A stretch of 64,000 nucleotides of DNA from Octopus bimaculoides (GCF_001194135.2 NC_069004.1:32396439-32460438); one strand, 5' to 3'. Positions 11,894 through 24,282 are shown, counted from the first letter of the stretch. Notes: generated by a model not told the origin, from the letters alone. A program made the numbers and translations.

Positions 11894-11899
11894 TATTGT

Positions 11900-13160
11900 T
11901 GGTTTGGTCAAAAAAACTGTTTGGTTTTTGTTGACATTAAACTTCAAGCACTCAAGTAAGTTGCTAACTTTAGTCTGTCTCTTGCACATGCACACTCGTT
12001 AGATGCTGAACACTTCAACATAGTTTGATGTGGACTTGCAACAAGACAGGCTCTATTTTGTATGCTTATGGTTATCTTGAGAATAGAGAGCCAAAATTAA
12101 CATTATTGGCACTGCATGCCTTTGTTTTTAAAATGGGAAGGACAGTGGTGGGAACCTGCAGAAAGGTATATGTTACAGAAAGAATGCTGTTGCAGGACAT
12201 GTGCCAGAAGTGGTTTTCAAGGTTTCAATTGGTTCAAGATACACCACACACTGGCTGCCCGACTGAGATTAACTGCGACAAAATGAAGGAATTAGTTGAC
12301 ACCAACTCCTGTTATATGACCAGGATGATCACAGATAGACTCCAAATATCTAAATTGAGTGTTGCAAACCATTTGCATCAATTCAGTTACATCAGCAAGT
12401 TCGATGCCTGGGTCCCACATCAGTTGAATGAGGATAAACTTGCCAAACTGATGTCCATTATACGAACGGGAAGAAAACAATCCTTTTTTTTTTTTTAAGA
12501 GAATAGGGATGGGGGGGGGGATGGATTGTCTATAACAATGTGAAGCACAAACGATCCTGGAGGAAACAGGGTGAACCATCACAAACAACCTTCAAAGCAG
12601 GATTTCACCTGAAGAAGGTTAGGATTTCAGTTTGTTGTAATTGGAAGAGAGTGGTCATTTATGAGCTTCTTTCCATGAACAGGGCCATCAATTCACATAT
12701 GTAACTGTGACCAGCTGGACAAATTAAATGCAGCGATCCACCTGACCAGATCCAGCACTTGCTAATCGTAAGGGCATCATCTTTCATCACGACAGTGCCA
12801 GACTGCAGACTTCTTTGCAGATGCAGCAGAAATTACTGGGGATCGGAGGGGAAGGTTTTGCCACACCCACCATATTCACCTGACCTTACACCTTCAGAGT
12901 CCCACCTGTTTTGGTCTCTTCAAAATTCATTGAATGGACAAACCTTCATCTCTGAAGTGAATATAAAAATTCGTCTGGAAGAATCCTTTACCAAGAAAGA
13001 CAGGAAATTCTTTGAGTGAGGCATAATAAATCTGTCCACAAAATGTCTGAAGATATTGGTACAAAATGGTAATTATATCAGTGATTGAATAAATCACTTC
13101 GTGTTTAAAACTTGTGGCTTATTTTCGCTTAAAAACTGAATGGACTTTGAGGTCAACCCA
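11900..13160 (+). mobile_element. Decayed mariner (Tc1/mariner) DNA transposon, near full length
   Basis: WVPHQL at 12409-12426 and YSPDLTP at 12873-12893 (mariner WVPHEL/YSPDLAP motifs); HTH region CQKWFSRF; FHHDSAR; frameshifts and stops; degenerate 30-bp TIRs (11900-11929 vs 13131-13160, 19/30); about 1.26 kb. Confidence 0.92.
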
Positions 13161-13441
13161 GCACATAATTTTCAGAAACAAATATTTCAGAGGCTCGGTT
13201 TTGTTTTATCCCATGTAGAAATTATCTCCCATGGACACAGGCTCTGATTTTAAACTTTTATTGGAAATAGTCAAACACAGACATAATGTCATTCATCACA
13301 TACACACACACACGCACGGAAACTGAAACTTCGAAGTCAGAGCTTATTTGCAAGGGAGATAATTCCTAAAGGACTTTTCCGTAAACAAAACTGTTCACTC
13401 CTTGTGTTTATCAACCCTTACATTCTGGAAAAATAAAAGAT

Positions 13442-13489
<48 letters not shown>

Positions 13490-13491
<2 letters not shown>

Positions 13492-15870
13492 TAAGTGACA
13501 GACAGAGAGCATTTGTTTAATTGCAAGTCCCTGAACAATTTCCATTAAATTGATACTCTGGACAAGATGAGAGTTCCAGCCTGGTGATGCAGACTGTAAG
13601 TCATGTATAGCTTTAAATAGAGAACTGGTGGACAAATGTCAGAGGTCTTAGTTGAGTGACGCCAAGGCATTTTCGGTGTTTTTGACAATTTTAGATATGA
13701 GGTTCATCCATCACTGGTCATTGCTGATGATTATTTCCCAGGTCACATTTACCAGAAAACTTCTTAAGATTGGTGTTGGGGAGGAAGTTGGTAAGTTCCT
13801 AGTATTTTCTTCCTGAAGTATACTGTGATGTACTTGTCCAGAGTTGTCAGTGAGTAATCCATTGCTGAATTGTGTCCAGGTCAGATCCAAGAAAGATCTA
13901 TGGCATATAAGGATCATTTTTTAAAATCTTCATGTACAGTTTAATGTCATCTACGTGTTCTAATACAGTAACATGCTTCAAGTTGGCATCTATTTTATTA
14001 ATATATACAACAGACTACAGGGGGCCAAGGACAGATCCTTGCAAGACACCAGATGTCATTGCATAACTGCAGAATGTTTTTCTAGTACTGCAACCACCTC
14101 TTTTTCAGCTGAAAATAAAGAATGTCAACCAGTTATAAACGTGAGTCCTTCACACAGAGAAGCTAATGTTTATTGAGTCAGTTGCATGGCACAGAATTAA
14201 AGGCTTTGGCAAAGTCAAGAGAGAGAACATCAACTCATGAGATGCCGTCTGTGATTCAGGTTATGTCTTTAAGAAACTTGATGAGTTGGTCAGAGTGGCT
14301 GGAGTTAGAAATAAATTGAAACTGTGAGGGTTGAATAAGGTTATGAGAGTTCTGAACTATCTCTCTCTGACATCAGATCTTGAATTTGGTGACACCACTT
14401 GTGAGACTGACTGGATGGTAATTAACAGGTGATGTGTGATCACTCTTTGAATGGAAATAAAGCTGGCAGTTTTCCACCGTTCTGGGTTAAAACTGTTATT
14501 AAGTCAGAATTGGAAAGAGTGAAAGCTCGTGCAGCAGAAAGAGGCTGCTACATTTAAGAAGCAGACAACACCATGGAGACCAGAGGAAATGTAGTTGTTT
14601 ATATGTTTGAATTGATATCCCAGCTTCGTGGGAGTAAATCCAACAGATTTTATGGAATTGGATGCCAGTAGCAGTAAAGATTGTATGTTTGGATATCCAA
14701 CAGCAAAAATGCTAGCATGGCATTTGGCAGTAAGTTCTGTGCCCCCTTTAGGATCATCATTCATCTGATCTGTGTGGGATTCATGAAGAGGGCCAACTGG
14801 AGAATGAGGCCTTTGTTTTCAACACACATTTTTCCAGAACACTTTCAAGGTTTGTCGTTATTTAAGTCTGCTTTTTTAGTCACCTGCATGATATGCTCCA
14901 TTGCACTGTCTTTTTCTTTTATCTTCTGTTCTCTGTAATCTGCAATCATATTCAGCATCTCGCCATTCTTTCTTGGCAAGAGAAACTGCTACAGTCTCTC
15001 AAACTGCACTTTTCGGGGTTTATAACTGATGCTTTGCATGTGGTCTACGTTGGATTAAGGATATGCTGAAGAGTGGTATTGGCATTTTCAGAATGGATAA
15101 ATTCAAGTCAATTTGGAAGCTGTAGCTCAGTGCAATAGAAGTTCCAGTCAAAGTGAGCAGTTTGGAGGTGGTGGTTACTTTTTCTGGAGTCACCTAAAAT
15201 TCCCTGATAGTCATGCTGATAACAATTTCTGGTGCAATAGTAAACAGCAGGTCCAAAGTGATTTTTACCTCTTGTCGGGGAGGTGGTTGGTGAGGGACAG
15301 TGACTATTTGGGACCAGTGTGAATCCATCTCTAAATCAAGGAAATCATTTACACTTTGTGATTAGGGAAAGGTTTTCTAATCAATCTCTGGGTATCTGAA
15401 ATCACCAGCAATAAAACAATCAATGAAGTTTTGAGAATGCCAAAAAGTTGAGTCTTGGTGGTCGTTTGGGGAACAGTAAACAACTCTCAAATACAAGTGT
15501 TGACATGTTTATATGAATGTTGCCAAAAAATACCTCTTGTGACTGATTCAAATTGCTGCTAAGGAATTGCTGGAAAGCTTGAGTGAAACCAGTCACCAAA
15601 TCATCCCTATAGTGACTGAAGTGGTCTTTGTGAAACAAGTTCAAAGCAAGCCATACTAATATCTTTGCAATACCAAAAATACCCCTGCAAAGGTAAAAAT
15701 GTAACTTTGAGTGTAATGAACTGAGGATAACCGCTTGAAACATAGGGGTGGAAAGGTGGAACTTGTTGCATAAACTAATACTTTATATCTGGATTTAAGC
15801 CCATCATGAGAACGAGTATGGCATATAATTCTAATTCTTGTTTAGTTTCCCAGGGTTGTTATCTTGCTGC
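13490..15870 (-). mobile_element. Decayed CR1/L2-type LINE ORF2 (APE endonuclease plus RT)
   Basis: Minus-strand translations: AGDF..P.ID (15398-15409), TLDLLFT, DFAKAF (14199-14216), GVLQGSVLGP (14021-14050), HVDD (13946-13957, YADD position), C-terminal SPGWNSHL..INLMEIVQ..AIK..LPY; many stops and frameshifts. Confidence 0.9.
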
Positions 15871-16260
15871 TAAATTGTTGGTTTGATATCTTTAAAACCA
15901 GCTTACATTCTTTTTTCCCATGTCACCAGACTTGACAGATTTCCAGCTCTGTCCATTATCAAGTAGACTAAAACCCTTCTGTGGTGCTCAGTTATGATTC
16001 AAGGAAGCTACAAAGTGTAGCTTTGGACGTATATCAGGCGATAAACCAGGACAAGTTCAGTACATGATAAGGTTCTCATGCTTAGCTTTATCAGAGGCTC
16101 AATGATATCCATGCATTGTTGGTAGAATGTAAGAAGATCAATCTTAATCTGACTTGTTTGGCTTTGGATCTCGTTTCGTCTGAGGTTGAGAACATTTCAG
16201 GGAGGGAACTCCTTGGACAAGCTGTTGGAGTATGCCTGTATGCATCAGTGCGTGTATATA

Positions 16261-16456
16261 TAGGATCTGTCCAAAAATTGCATACACACTTCAGGAAAGG
16301 AAAATTCTGTATAAATACCAATATAGATATAGATGCTTCTTTTGATGTTTTATCAAATTGCCATAATACTGAATAAATTGCACCAAAACTGAATTAAAAT
16401 ATTTATACAGATTTTTCCTTTCTTGAAGTGTATATACATTCTTTTGGCAGACTCTG
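16261..16456. mobile_element. Tc1/mariner-type MITE
   Basis: About 57-bp inverted arms (16261-16317 / 16400-16456, about 46/57 by eye) flanked by TA. Confidence 0.6.
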
Positions 16457-17062
16457 TATTTGTGTGTTCGTTTGTGTGTGTGTGGCAGCGACCACGCACA
16501 CACATGCATATATTTATATGTTTATATCTGCATAACAATATACATATATGTTTGTATAGGCTAAATATAGGCCACTATATACAGTGTATAGGGGAAGATA
16601 TTTATTACTCCAGGTGCTATATTTAACTATTATTCTATAGACTAAACGCACCTCATTTTACTGTTCACATCTGTTTGCTTTTCGTCAATGTTGTTGCCCA
16701 TTTTTATGGGACACACCTATATTTTATGTTTATAATGCTGCATGCTGTGTCTTTATAGGCAATATAGCCTGATTCCTATTTCTATAGGCTGCACACATGT
16801 ATAGGCTACATTGTTTTGTGTTAATATAGATAGCTTATGCATTGATTCTGTTAGATGGTTTATTGAATTTTTTTGGCTAATATACTCTGTCTGTCTGTGT
16901 CTGTCATTGACTCTCTCTCTCTCTCTCTATCTCTCTCATGTATGCACACACATATACAAAACAGAAACATGCACACAAGCATACACATACATGTAAATAT
17001 CTGTTCCTGTGTTGTGGTATCATATGATATTATAATATATTATATCTTCTTTATATTTCCAG

Positions 17063-17094
17063 GCAGTGAAGGTGATTTGATCGAAGATTTGTAA
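17063..17094 (+). CDS. Candidate alternative terminal exon of gene 1: (G)SEGDLIEDL*
   Basis: Acceptor tcttctttatatttccag|, phase 1, matching the internal donor AACG|gtgagt at 9087/9088; stop at 17092-17094; AATAAA at 17421-17426. Confidence 0.55.
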
Positions 17095-17454
17095 CTTCTA
17101 CAGGCTCCATGCAAAGACAGTTAATTCATTTGTTTCCATCACACCTTTTTGCTCCCCTCCTCTCCCTCTACTCCCCCTCTCTCTCCTTCCTGCATATGTT
17201 CCTCTTCTTATCTCTCTGACTCTTACATATCTCTTTGTCTCTCCACCTTGCTTGCGGTTTCTTTCTCTCTCTCTCTCTCACACACACACTTGTCAAAGTC
17301 TGAAGAATATTGAAGAACAGGATATTTTACTTGTGACAACTAACAATACCATTAGCTACCACCACTACAACACCAATGCTGTTATGAATGTTGTGAAGAA
17401 AACTTTGGGATTAAAACAAAAATAAATGGAAAAAAAAAAGACAAACTCATAATT

Positions 17455-17851
17455 AATCATTTTGTACAAAATTGCCTGAGGCCATTCCTGAGTCTATGAT
17501 ACAAACTTTCTGTTCTGGAATTTGTATCATAGAAAACCATAACCTTCCATAAAATTTTCATGTTAATTTATGTTCCAAACACCAGATTAATTATTTAAAA
17601 TTATTTTATTAAATTCTTCATTATTTTCAAAATGAATTAACACAAACGTAGAGTATTCCCACAGAAATATGGTAACAAAAGGGTTAAAGTGATCTAAATT
17701 AAAATCTTCCATCAGAATTTCATGTTAATTCATGTTCCAAATTCTAACTTAATAACGACAAAGCTATTGTCCTAAATCCTTCGTTATTTCCAAAATTAAT
17801 TGAAATAAAGGTAATTGTATTTCTAAAGAAATCGGGTAACAATAGGGTTAA
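17455..17851. mobile_element. piggyBac-like non-autonomous element with tandemly repeated 3' module
   Basis: Units of about 164 bp ending GGTAACAA(A/T)AGGGTTAA (17687, 17851); TTAA-CCC termini are typical of piggyBac. Confidence 0.5.
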
Positions 17852-18743
17852 AGTGATAATGAATGAGAATAAAACCAAAAACATACAAAAACCTTCGATG
17901 GAAACAGAAGTTGAGTTTTTGGTATTCTGTTTCTTTTTCTTATTATATTTTTTAAAATCAAGAAATAATAAACATTATTATAAAGAAATTTTTGTTCTTG
18001 TTATTTCAATATGGTTCGAGAGTGGTAGGTTACCAAGAACTAGGACGGTGGATAATAGAAGTGATACGGCCCCTTTATCGTTTTGGTTGGTTACGAGTTC
18101 TCACACGTGAGGTTGGAAAGAAGAAGACCAAGCATGCTCTGTTGGATGTGTAAGGTTACACTGGGACGTATATATCTGTAGTGGTCTCCACTTTCCTTTG
18201 ATGTGTTAAGCACGTGCTTATTTCGCTCAATGGTTAATCCAGCGTTGGATTAACTACAAACAATAATAACCATTCAGTTGTTTTTTTCTGAAATTTCTTC
18301 ACGCGAAGCAATGACTAAGGGAAGCAACTCAGTTGTTACTCAGCACACAAAACACTAATAAGCAGTTTGGAGTTGAAAAGTATATTCATAAAAAGCATTG
18401 TTGTGGTGTTCAGTTTTTCGAAACTACACTGAATATGAAGATCTACTGATATAGGACTCAGTGATAAGCGCTAAACACAATCCCAGAACAACAAACCGTA
18501 AACAAGTGTCATTTTAATTCACATTTCAACGTTCTTCTACGATATACGAGAGATAACTCTAATTCATTTTTGCGAACTTTAGCTTTCAGAAATGTTAAGT
18601 GGACAGCGGACAAAATACTAAGTTAATATGATTGCAGCAATCACTAATAATACGTAGTTTCTTCGTTGGAACCAGATTCCGATGGAATTTCAATAGAATT
18701 CAGTCAATTCGACCGTTCGGATATTTAATATTTCATACAAGTA

Positions 18744-18963
18744 AGGCGGTGAGCTGGCAGAAACGTTAGCACGCCGGACGAAATGCTTAGCGGTATTTCG
18801 TTTGTCGTTACGTTCTGAGTTCAAATTCCGCCGAGGTCGGCTTTGTTTTTCATCCTTTCGGGGTCGATAAATTTACTACCAGTTGCGTATTGGGATCGAT
18901 GTAATCGACTGGCTCCCCTCCCCCAAAATTTCGGGCCTTGTGCCAAGTGTAGAAAAGAATATT
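18744..18963 (+). mobile_element. SINE family C (my label), tRNA-like head
   Basis: ggcggtgagctggcagaaacgttagcacgcc...gagttcaaattccgccgaggtcg...catcctttcggggtcgat. Also at about 21719-21900(+), 35128-35345(-), 49760-49975(-), 52753-53190(+), 58190-58390(-). Confidence 0.85.
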
Positions 18964-19893
18964 TCATACAAGTATAATGAGGAAGAGTGTTTAGTAAGTT
19001 GACATAATCTTTAGCTCGTAAATTAATTATATGCATTAAACTGTCCATGCAAAACATCTGTGTGTCCAGACAGCCATTCAAGAAGAGATTGTGCCGTTGA
19101 CAAGCGAAGATGAAAGTGTAAATNNNNNNNNNNNNNNNNNNNNNNNNNNNNNNNNNNNNNNNNNNNNNNNNNNNNNNNNNNNNNNNNNNNNNNNNNNNNN
19201 NNNNNNNNNNNNNNNNNNNNNNNNNNNNNNNNNNNNNNNNNNNNNNNNNNNNNNNNNNNNNNNNNNNNNNNNNNNNNNNNNNNNNNNNNNNNNNNNNNNN
19301 NNNNNNNNNNNNNNNTGATGAAATTTTCTACAAATACTTCTCAGGTGATGTATGTTCCTATTATATCAGAATTGTAGGTGGAAAAAAATGGTGAATGCGC
19401 ATGCATACGGACATCTGAGTGGATTGAAGCTGGAACACCAGACACGAAGAGTATTTTTTAAAAAAAGAGCAATTACTCTGGGAGCTGCGATATTTGAAAG
19501 CGTGACGTCAAAAGAAAGCTTGACTTGTTTTAGGGGTTGTTTTTAGGCACAAAAGCAGCAGTTTTGTGAAGAGGATGGTCGATACCATTTGACTGGTACT
19601 TTAATCTTATTGAAAGACAAAATCGACCTTGGCAGGATTTGAACTCAGAATATGAGGAGCTGGAAAACATTGGCCACAAACAAACGACGGTAAGAATTAT
19701 ATGAGAGGAGAGGAATTTTGAAGTTGATGCTGAGGTTGTGTGAAATCGTTAAATTTATCATGTAGAGGATGTTAGAATCGTAGTTTCAACGGTGCATTCG
19801 TCTCAAGATTTATTTTAATATCTTCCAATGAAAAGTAGCTAATTATTATTCGATTTGATAGGCTGGTAAATGATTTCACGATGTTGCCGAGAG

Positions 19894-19994
19894 TTACGGA
19901 ATTTTGAATTCAGGTGACGTTGTTCTAGAGGAGCACCTTGCAAGAGCATCCGGCACTTGTTTAATCTTGGCCAGTTCTGTGTGGCTATCGTAGC
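19894..19994 (-). CDS. Candidate terminal exon of a minus-strand transcript: phase 1 (x)YDSHTELAKIKQVPDALARCSSRTTSPEFKIP*; a phase 0 frame is also open to 19839
   Basis: Strong minus acceptor ttttgttttctcccctccgctttctcaaccag|; non-repetitive sequence; minus-strand AATAAA at 19809-19814; no good downstream donor. Reading frame and coding status uncertain. Confidence 0.45.
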
Positions 19995-20560
19995 CTGGTT
20001 GAGAAAGCGGAGGGGAGAAAACAAAAATAGAGACAGAAACAGCGAGTGAAGGCTATCAAATGTCTACAATCTCAATTTCTCAAGGAAAACGTGTTTTATA
20101 ATAAGACTTATATTAATTAATATATGGTCTTGTATAGTAATGTAATATGAAGCCAATAATATTAATACAAGGCCTGTATTAATATAAAACCTTAATATTA
20201 ATAATAAGCCTGATATTATTAATGTGTGAATAGCTTAGGGTTGAGAGAACACTATTGTAATTCTTAATTCAAGAAGCCTCCTTGACGCCAAATCTGGATT
20301 TAAGTAGCTTCATTTGTGTTTCATTTTTCTTTTACTTTTCTCTTCTCGGTTCTCAGAACAATTCAGGATATTGTGGGTTCGCGTGTGACTGATGTAGATG
20401 GGTGCAGTTTCAAATCCTGATTGGCTTCTTCCAGCAGGTGTTTCTTAACAACGTACAGAAACTAATTTGTATCAATACCTTGCGTCTTCTCTATTAAATA
20501 AACTGAGATGCCAGGACAGAATTGTTTAAAGTGGAACTATTCCGGTGTCAAATCGCGATA

Positions 20561-20800
20561 CCCCGTTTTCCGGACGGAATAATATTTTGTGGCATATTAG
20601 GTCACTGTAATTCATTCAACGAAAAGAAAAACCATTTTCCAATGATTTCGGGAAGGCGGGGATGAAATTTTCGACGGTTTCACCCCGTTTTCCTGACAAC
20701 AAAAGCGTTTTGTGGCATTACAGATCACCATAATTCATTTAACGGGAAAAAAAAATTCCAATAATTTCAAGGGAGTGGGGTTCCGGTTTCACCCCACTTT
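20561..20800. repeat. Diverged tandem repeat, units of 122 and 109 bp
   Basis: ccccgttttcc...ttttgtggcat...taattcatt.aacg...ttccaat.atttc...cggtttca repeated at 20561, 20683 and starting again at 20792. Confidence 0.8.
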
Positions 20801-21327
20801 TTTTTTCCGAATTAAAATAAGGGGTTTACAGCACATTATGAGGTCAGGATAGTTGATTCCACGCAAAACCTCCGTGTTTAAAAAAAAAATTTTTTTTAGT
20901 GAAACGCGTGGTAAAATTTTACCGAAATATTGAGTTTTATTGAAATTGAAAAACTCCACTTCGAGCTTCATGTAAGCAATGTGCGCGCACGCACGCACAC
21001 GCATACATGTATGTATATGTGTGTGTGTTTGCGTGTGACACTTTCTCCGATCAGTCTTTCCCCGTACTATCTATCAATCCATTTTCCTCCCTTGTTCTAT
21101 CAATCTGTCTACTCGACATTTCATTTCTTTCTTCTCACTCTTATTTTATCAGTTTAACTCTACTTCCTTAACTCCCTCTCTCTGCTTTTTTTTCGTTCTG
21201 CTTGATAATTAGCACCCCACCCAAAAGCCATTGATTATTTACCTCTCTCTCTCTCTGTCTCTCTCTGTTTCTGTCTCTCTCTCTGTGTGTGTCTCTCTGT
21301 CTGTTAGTCTCTCTGTCTGTCTGTCAG

Positions 21328-21445
<118 letters not shown>

Positions 21446-24224
21446 CGTGCGTGTGTACTATGTCACTTATTTTACTTTCTATTACGTATCACTTTTCTTT
21501 CTGCTCTCTTTAGCCTTCCCCCCACTCTCTTTCTCTCTCTTTCCTAATTTCTATGTCAATCAGTCTACCAATTAATCCCCCCTCTCTCTTTTCTTCTTCC
21601 TCCTCTCCTTATTGCACTTTTCTCCCTCTCTCCCCTCCTCTTCTAATTTCTCTTTCAACTTATATATTAGTTCTTACACCCTTCATTCTATTCTCTGTCA
21701 ATATTTTCCTCATGTCGGCAGGCGATGGAGCTGGCAGAAACGTTAGCACGCCGTGAGAAATGCATAGCGGCATTTCGTCCGTTTTCACGTTCTGTGTTCA
21801 AATCCCACCGAGGTCGACCTTGCCATTCATCCTTTCAGGGTCGATGTAATCGACTAGCCTCCCACTCCGAACTCGCTGACCTCGAACCAAAATCTGAAAC
21901 TAATATTTTCCTTACATTTTCTCCCTATTCATTCTCGTTCGAACCCCTTTTGAAACACATCTTACATCCATTCTCTTCCACTATTTTTATATTTTTTATG
22001 TCATGCATTCCTAACTCAAATATCTCCCCTTCTCTCATTTATTTTACTCACTCTCTACACTTCCAGACGTTTATTGAAATAGTTATTCTCAAACCGTCAC
22101 TTTTCATTCGATTCGCTTTTGTTTTTGGTGTTTTACTCACTTTCTTTCTTTTCTTAGTCAATTAATCTAATTATATCTTCTTCTCACTCTCTCTGTCTCT
22201 CAACATTGTACTTTATCTGTCATTATCTCTCTTTTGTCCGTTTACGTCGGTCTCCAACTACGTAATAATTCATATTTAATTTCTTCATTCATTCATAACA
22301 AAACACACACACACACACACACACATATGGAGTACAACAAAATTACCATCAAACATGGTGTGTGTGTTTGTGTGTGTGTATAGATAGATAGATAAATAGA
22401 TAGATAGATGGATGGATAGATTTATGATTTTTATACATGCACGAAGGAATGTTTATGCACGAACAAACATCCCTTCGTTCCACCCTGTTTTCAAAACTGC
22501 CTCATCTCTCGCCTTTTCTTTTTCTGCCCCCTTATCCTCTTTCTTCTTTTTATCTCTCAAATAAAGCCCAAATACACCTCAAATCGAGGTGTAGGGTTCA
22601 AACAGCCTCCAGGTCTTCTATTATTAACGACAGTCGTCTCCATTTACGTCCAAACTTGCTAATAATTCCTTAAGTTCTTTTTTTGTTTAATCGTTCCACT
22701 GCCACCACCAAACTGAAAAGTTTTATGGTATATACTAGACTACTCGGGACCCGTTGGGTCACCAGTAGTTCTAGGTACCCGAAAAACCGATGGAACAAAA
22801 TGTACAAAAACTAAAAGTTTTGGAAGACTAAAGAAGCCATTTTCCCCCCCAGAATTGTAATTTCTATTGTATGAAATACAGGAATTCTAAGAGAAAAAAA
22901 TAAGTGGAGAAAAATAAAAGATAAAAGAACAAAAAAATAAAAATAAAAATGCTTGTTTCCTTTCCATTCCCTAGAGAAATGGGACATTGAAGGACAGCTA
23001 TTTGTAAACTCTGCCCATAAGTGTATGAGTGCTGTGAGAAACCATTCCATAATTATGTGGCATATATACTTAACCTCCAGCATTGTTCAGTTTTGGTGTC
23101 AAAAACTGAAGGACATTATGTCTAAGAGTAAATTAGGAGAATAGAATGTTGATACCATTGTTGTTTTTTGACCTCCAGGTCAGTTCTGAGTATGATTTTG
23201 CTTCTTTTTTTTCTCTTTTTTCACTTTTTGTTCACAAGGTCTCTGAGATTAGTGAAGGGTCATGGGAAGAAGAGAGGACGATGTCTTCAAACTGGGGATC
23301 TGGCATCCAAACTTCTGCTAGGTTAGCACTGGTGTTAAACAGGGCAAGGAATTAAGTCTACCATGGCAGGATTTGAACTCAAAATGTACAGAGCTGAAGC
23401 AAACACTGCAAAGCATCTAGTCCAACATTCTAACAGTTTCTTCCAACATTTTTGCCTTTTTATTGACCCTGAGAGAATGAAATGCAACACTGCCCCCTGT
23501 AGGATTTGAACTTAGAATGCTGAAAGTAATACTATGAAGTATTCTATCCCTCTTTAACAATAAAATGAATCGGGTGACACCACAGCCACATGGCTGAAAC
23601 GAGTAAAAGAGTAAGACATGTAATCATTCGTTTTTGATTTATATATTCCTCTATACACTATCATACATACCCCCTTTTTTATTTTTATATATATATATTA
23701 GTTTATGTATATATTAATATTATCTCAGTTTTAAAAAACTTTGACAATGTAAATATGTTAATAGTTACCATGGGTAGCAAAAATTACACTTTTGTCTTGC
23801 TTCTATATGTTGGTTCCCTGACAGTGAATATATGTGGAATTCCAGCAGATCTTACTTCTTTGGAGTAGAGTAAACATATATTTTGAAACATGTGTAGGAA
23901 TTAAAGGAACTTTTATTTATATGCGTTTTGCTCCATTTATTGTTATTATTCATATATATATATATAAACAAAATTGAATACACATACAAGGTGTGTATTG
24001 TTAATTTGTGGATCAGCTGTGTTTTAGGCATGAGAGGTTATATTCTCAAGGCACATTGAGAATATATTCCCTTACACCTAAAACGCAGCCAACCCACAAG
24101 CTTATTAGCAAAATTAATGGCGGTCACAAAAGTGATGGAGGGGGTGCTTAGTTAAATTAACTCTAAAGCTACTAAAGCACTATACTTAATGACTGACAAA
24201 GAGAGGTAAAGTCCCTAGCATACA

Positions 24225-24282
24225 CAGCTATATCATGATTTCGAATTTAGGTGCAGATCACCATGATTCTCATCAGTGGCTC
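24225..24282 (-). ncRNA. Type I hammerhead ribozyme motif (minimal, palindromic stem III; stem I partly decayed)
   Basis: Minus strand GAGCCA-CUGAUGA-GAAU[CAU GGUG AUCUG CACC UAA]AUUC-GAAA-UCAUGA-UA-UAGCUG: intact core, G10.1-C11.1 pair, palindrome AUCAUGAU, triplet AUA; stem I 4 of 6 pairs. Confidence 0.65.

Noticed and set aside
19503-19510. Perfect CRE palindrome TGACGTCA
   Set aside because: A single 8-mer is expected roughly by chance in 64 kb.
20357-20450. Strong plus-strand acceptor at 20356
   Set aside because: All three frames stop within 21 codons and there is no good donor; cannot be assigned.
23068-23121. Minus-strand 47-nt exon candidate (HNVLQFLTPKLNNAG) bridging 26527 and 19994
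   Set aside because: Phase-compatible, but the donor GTTAAG is weak.
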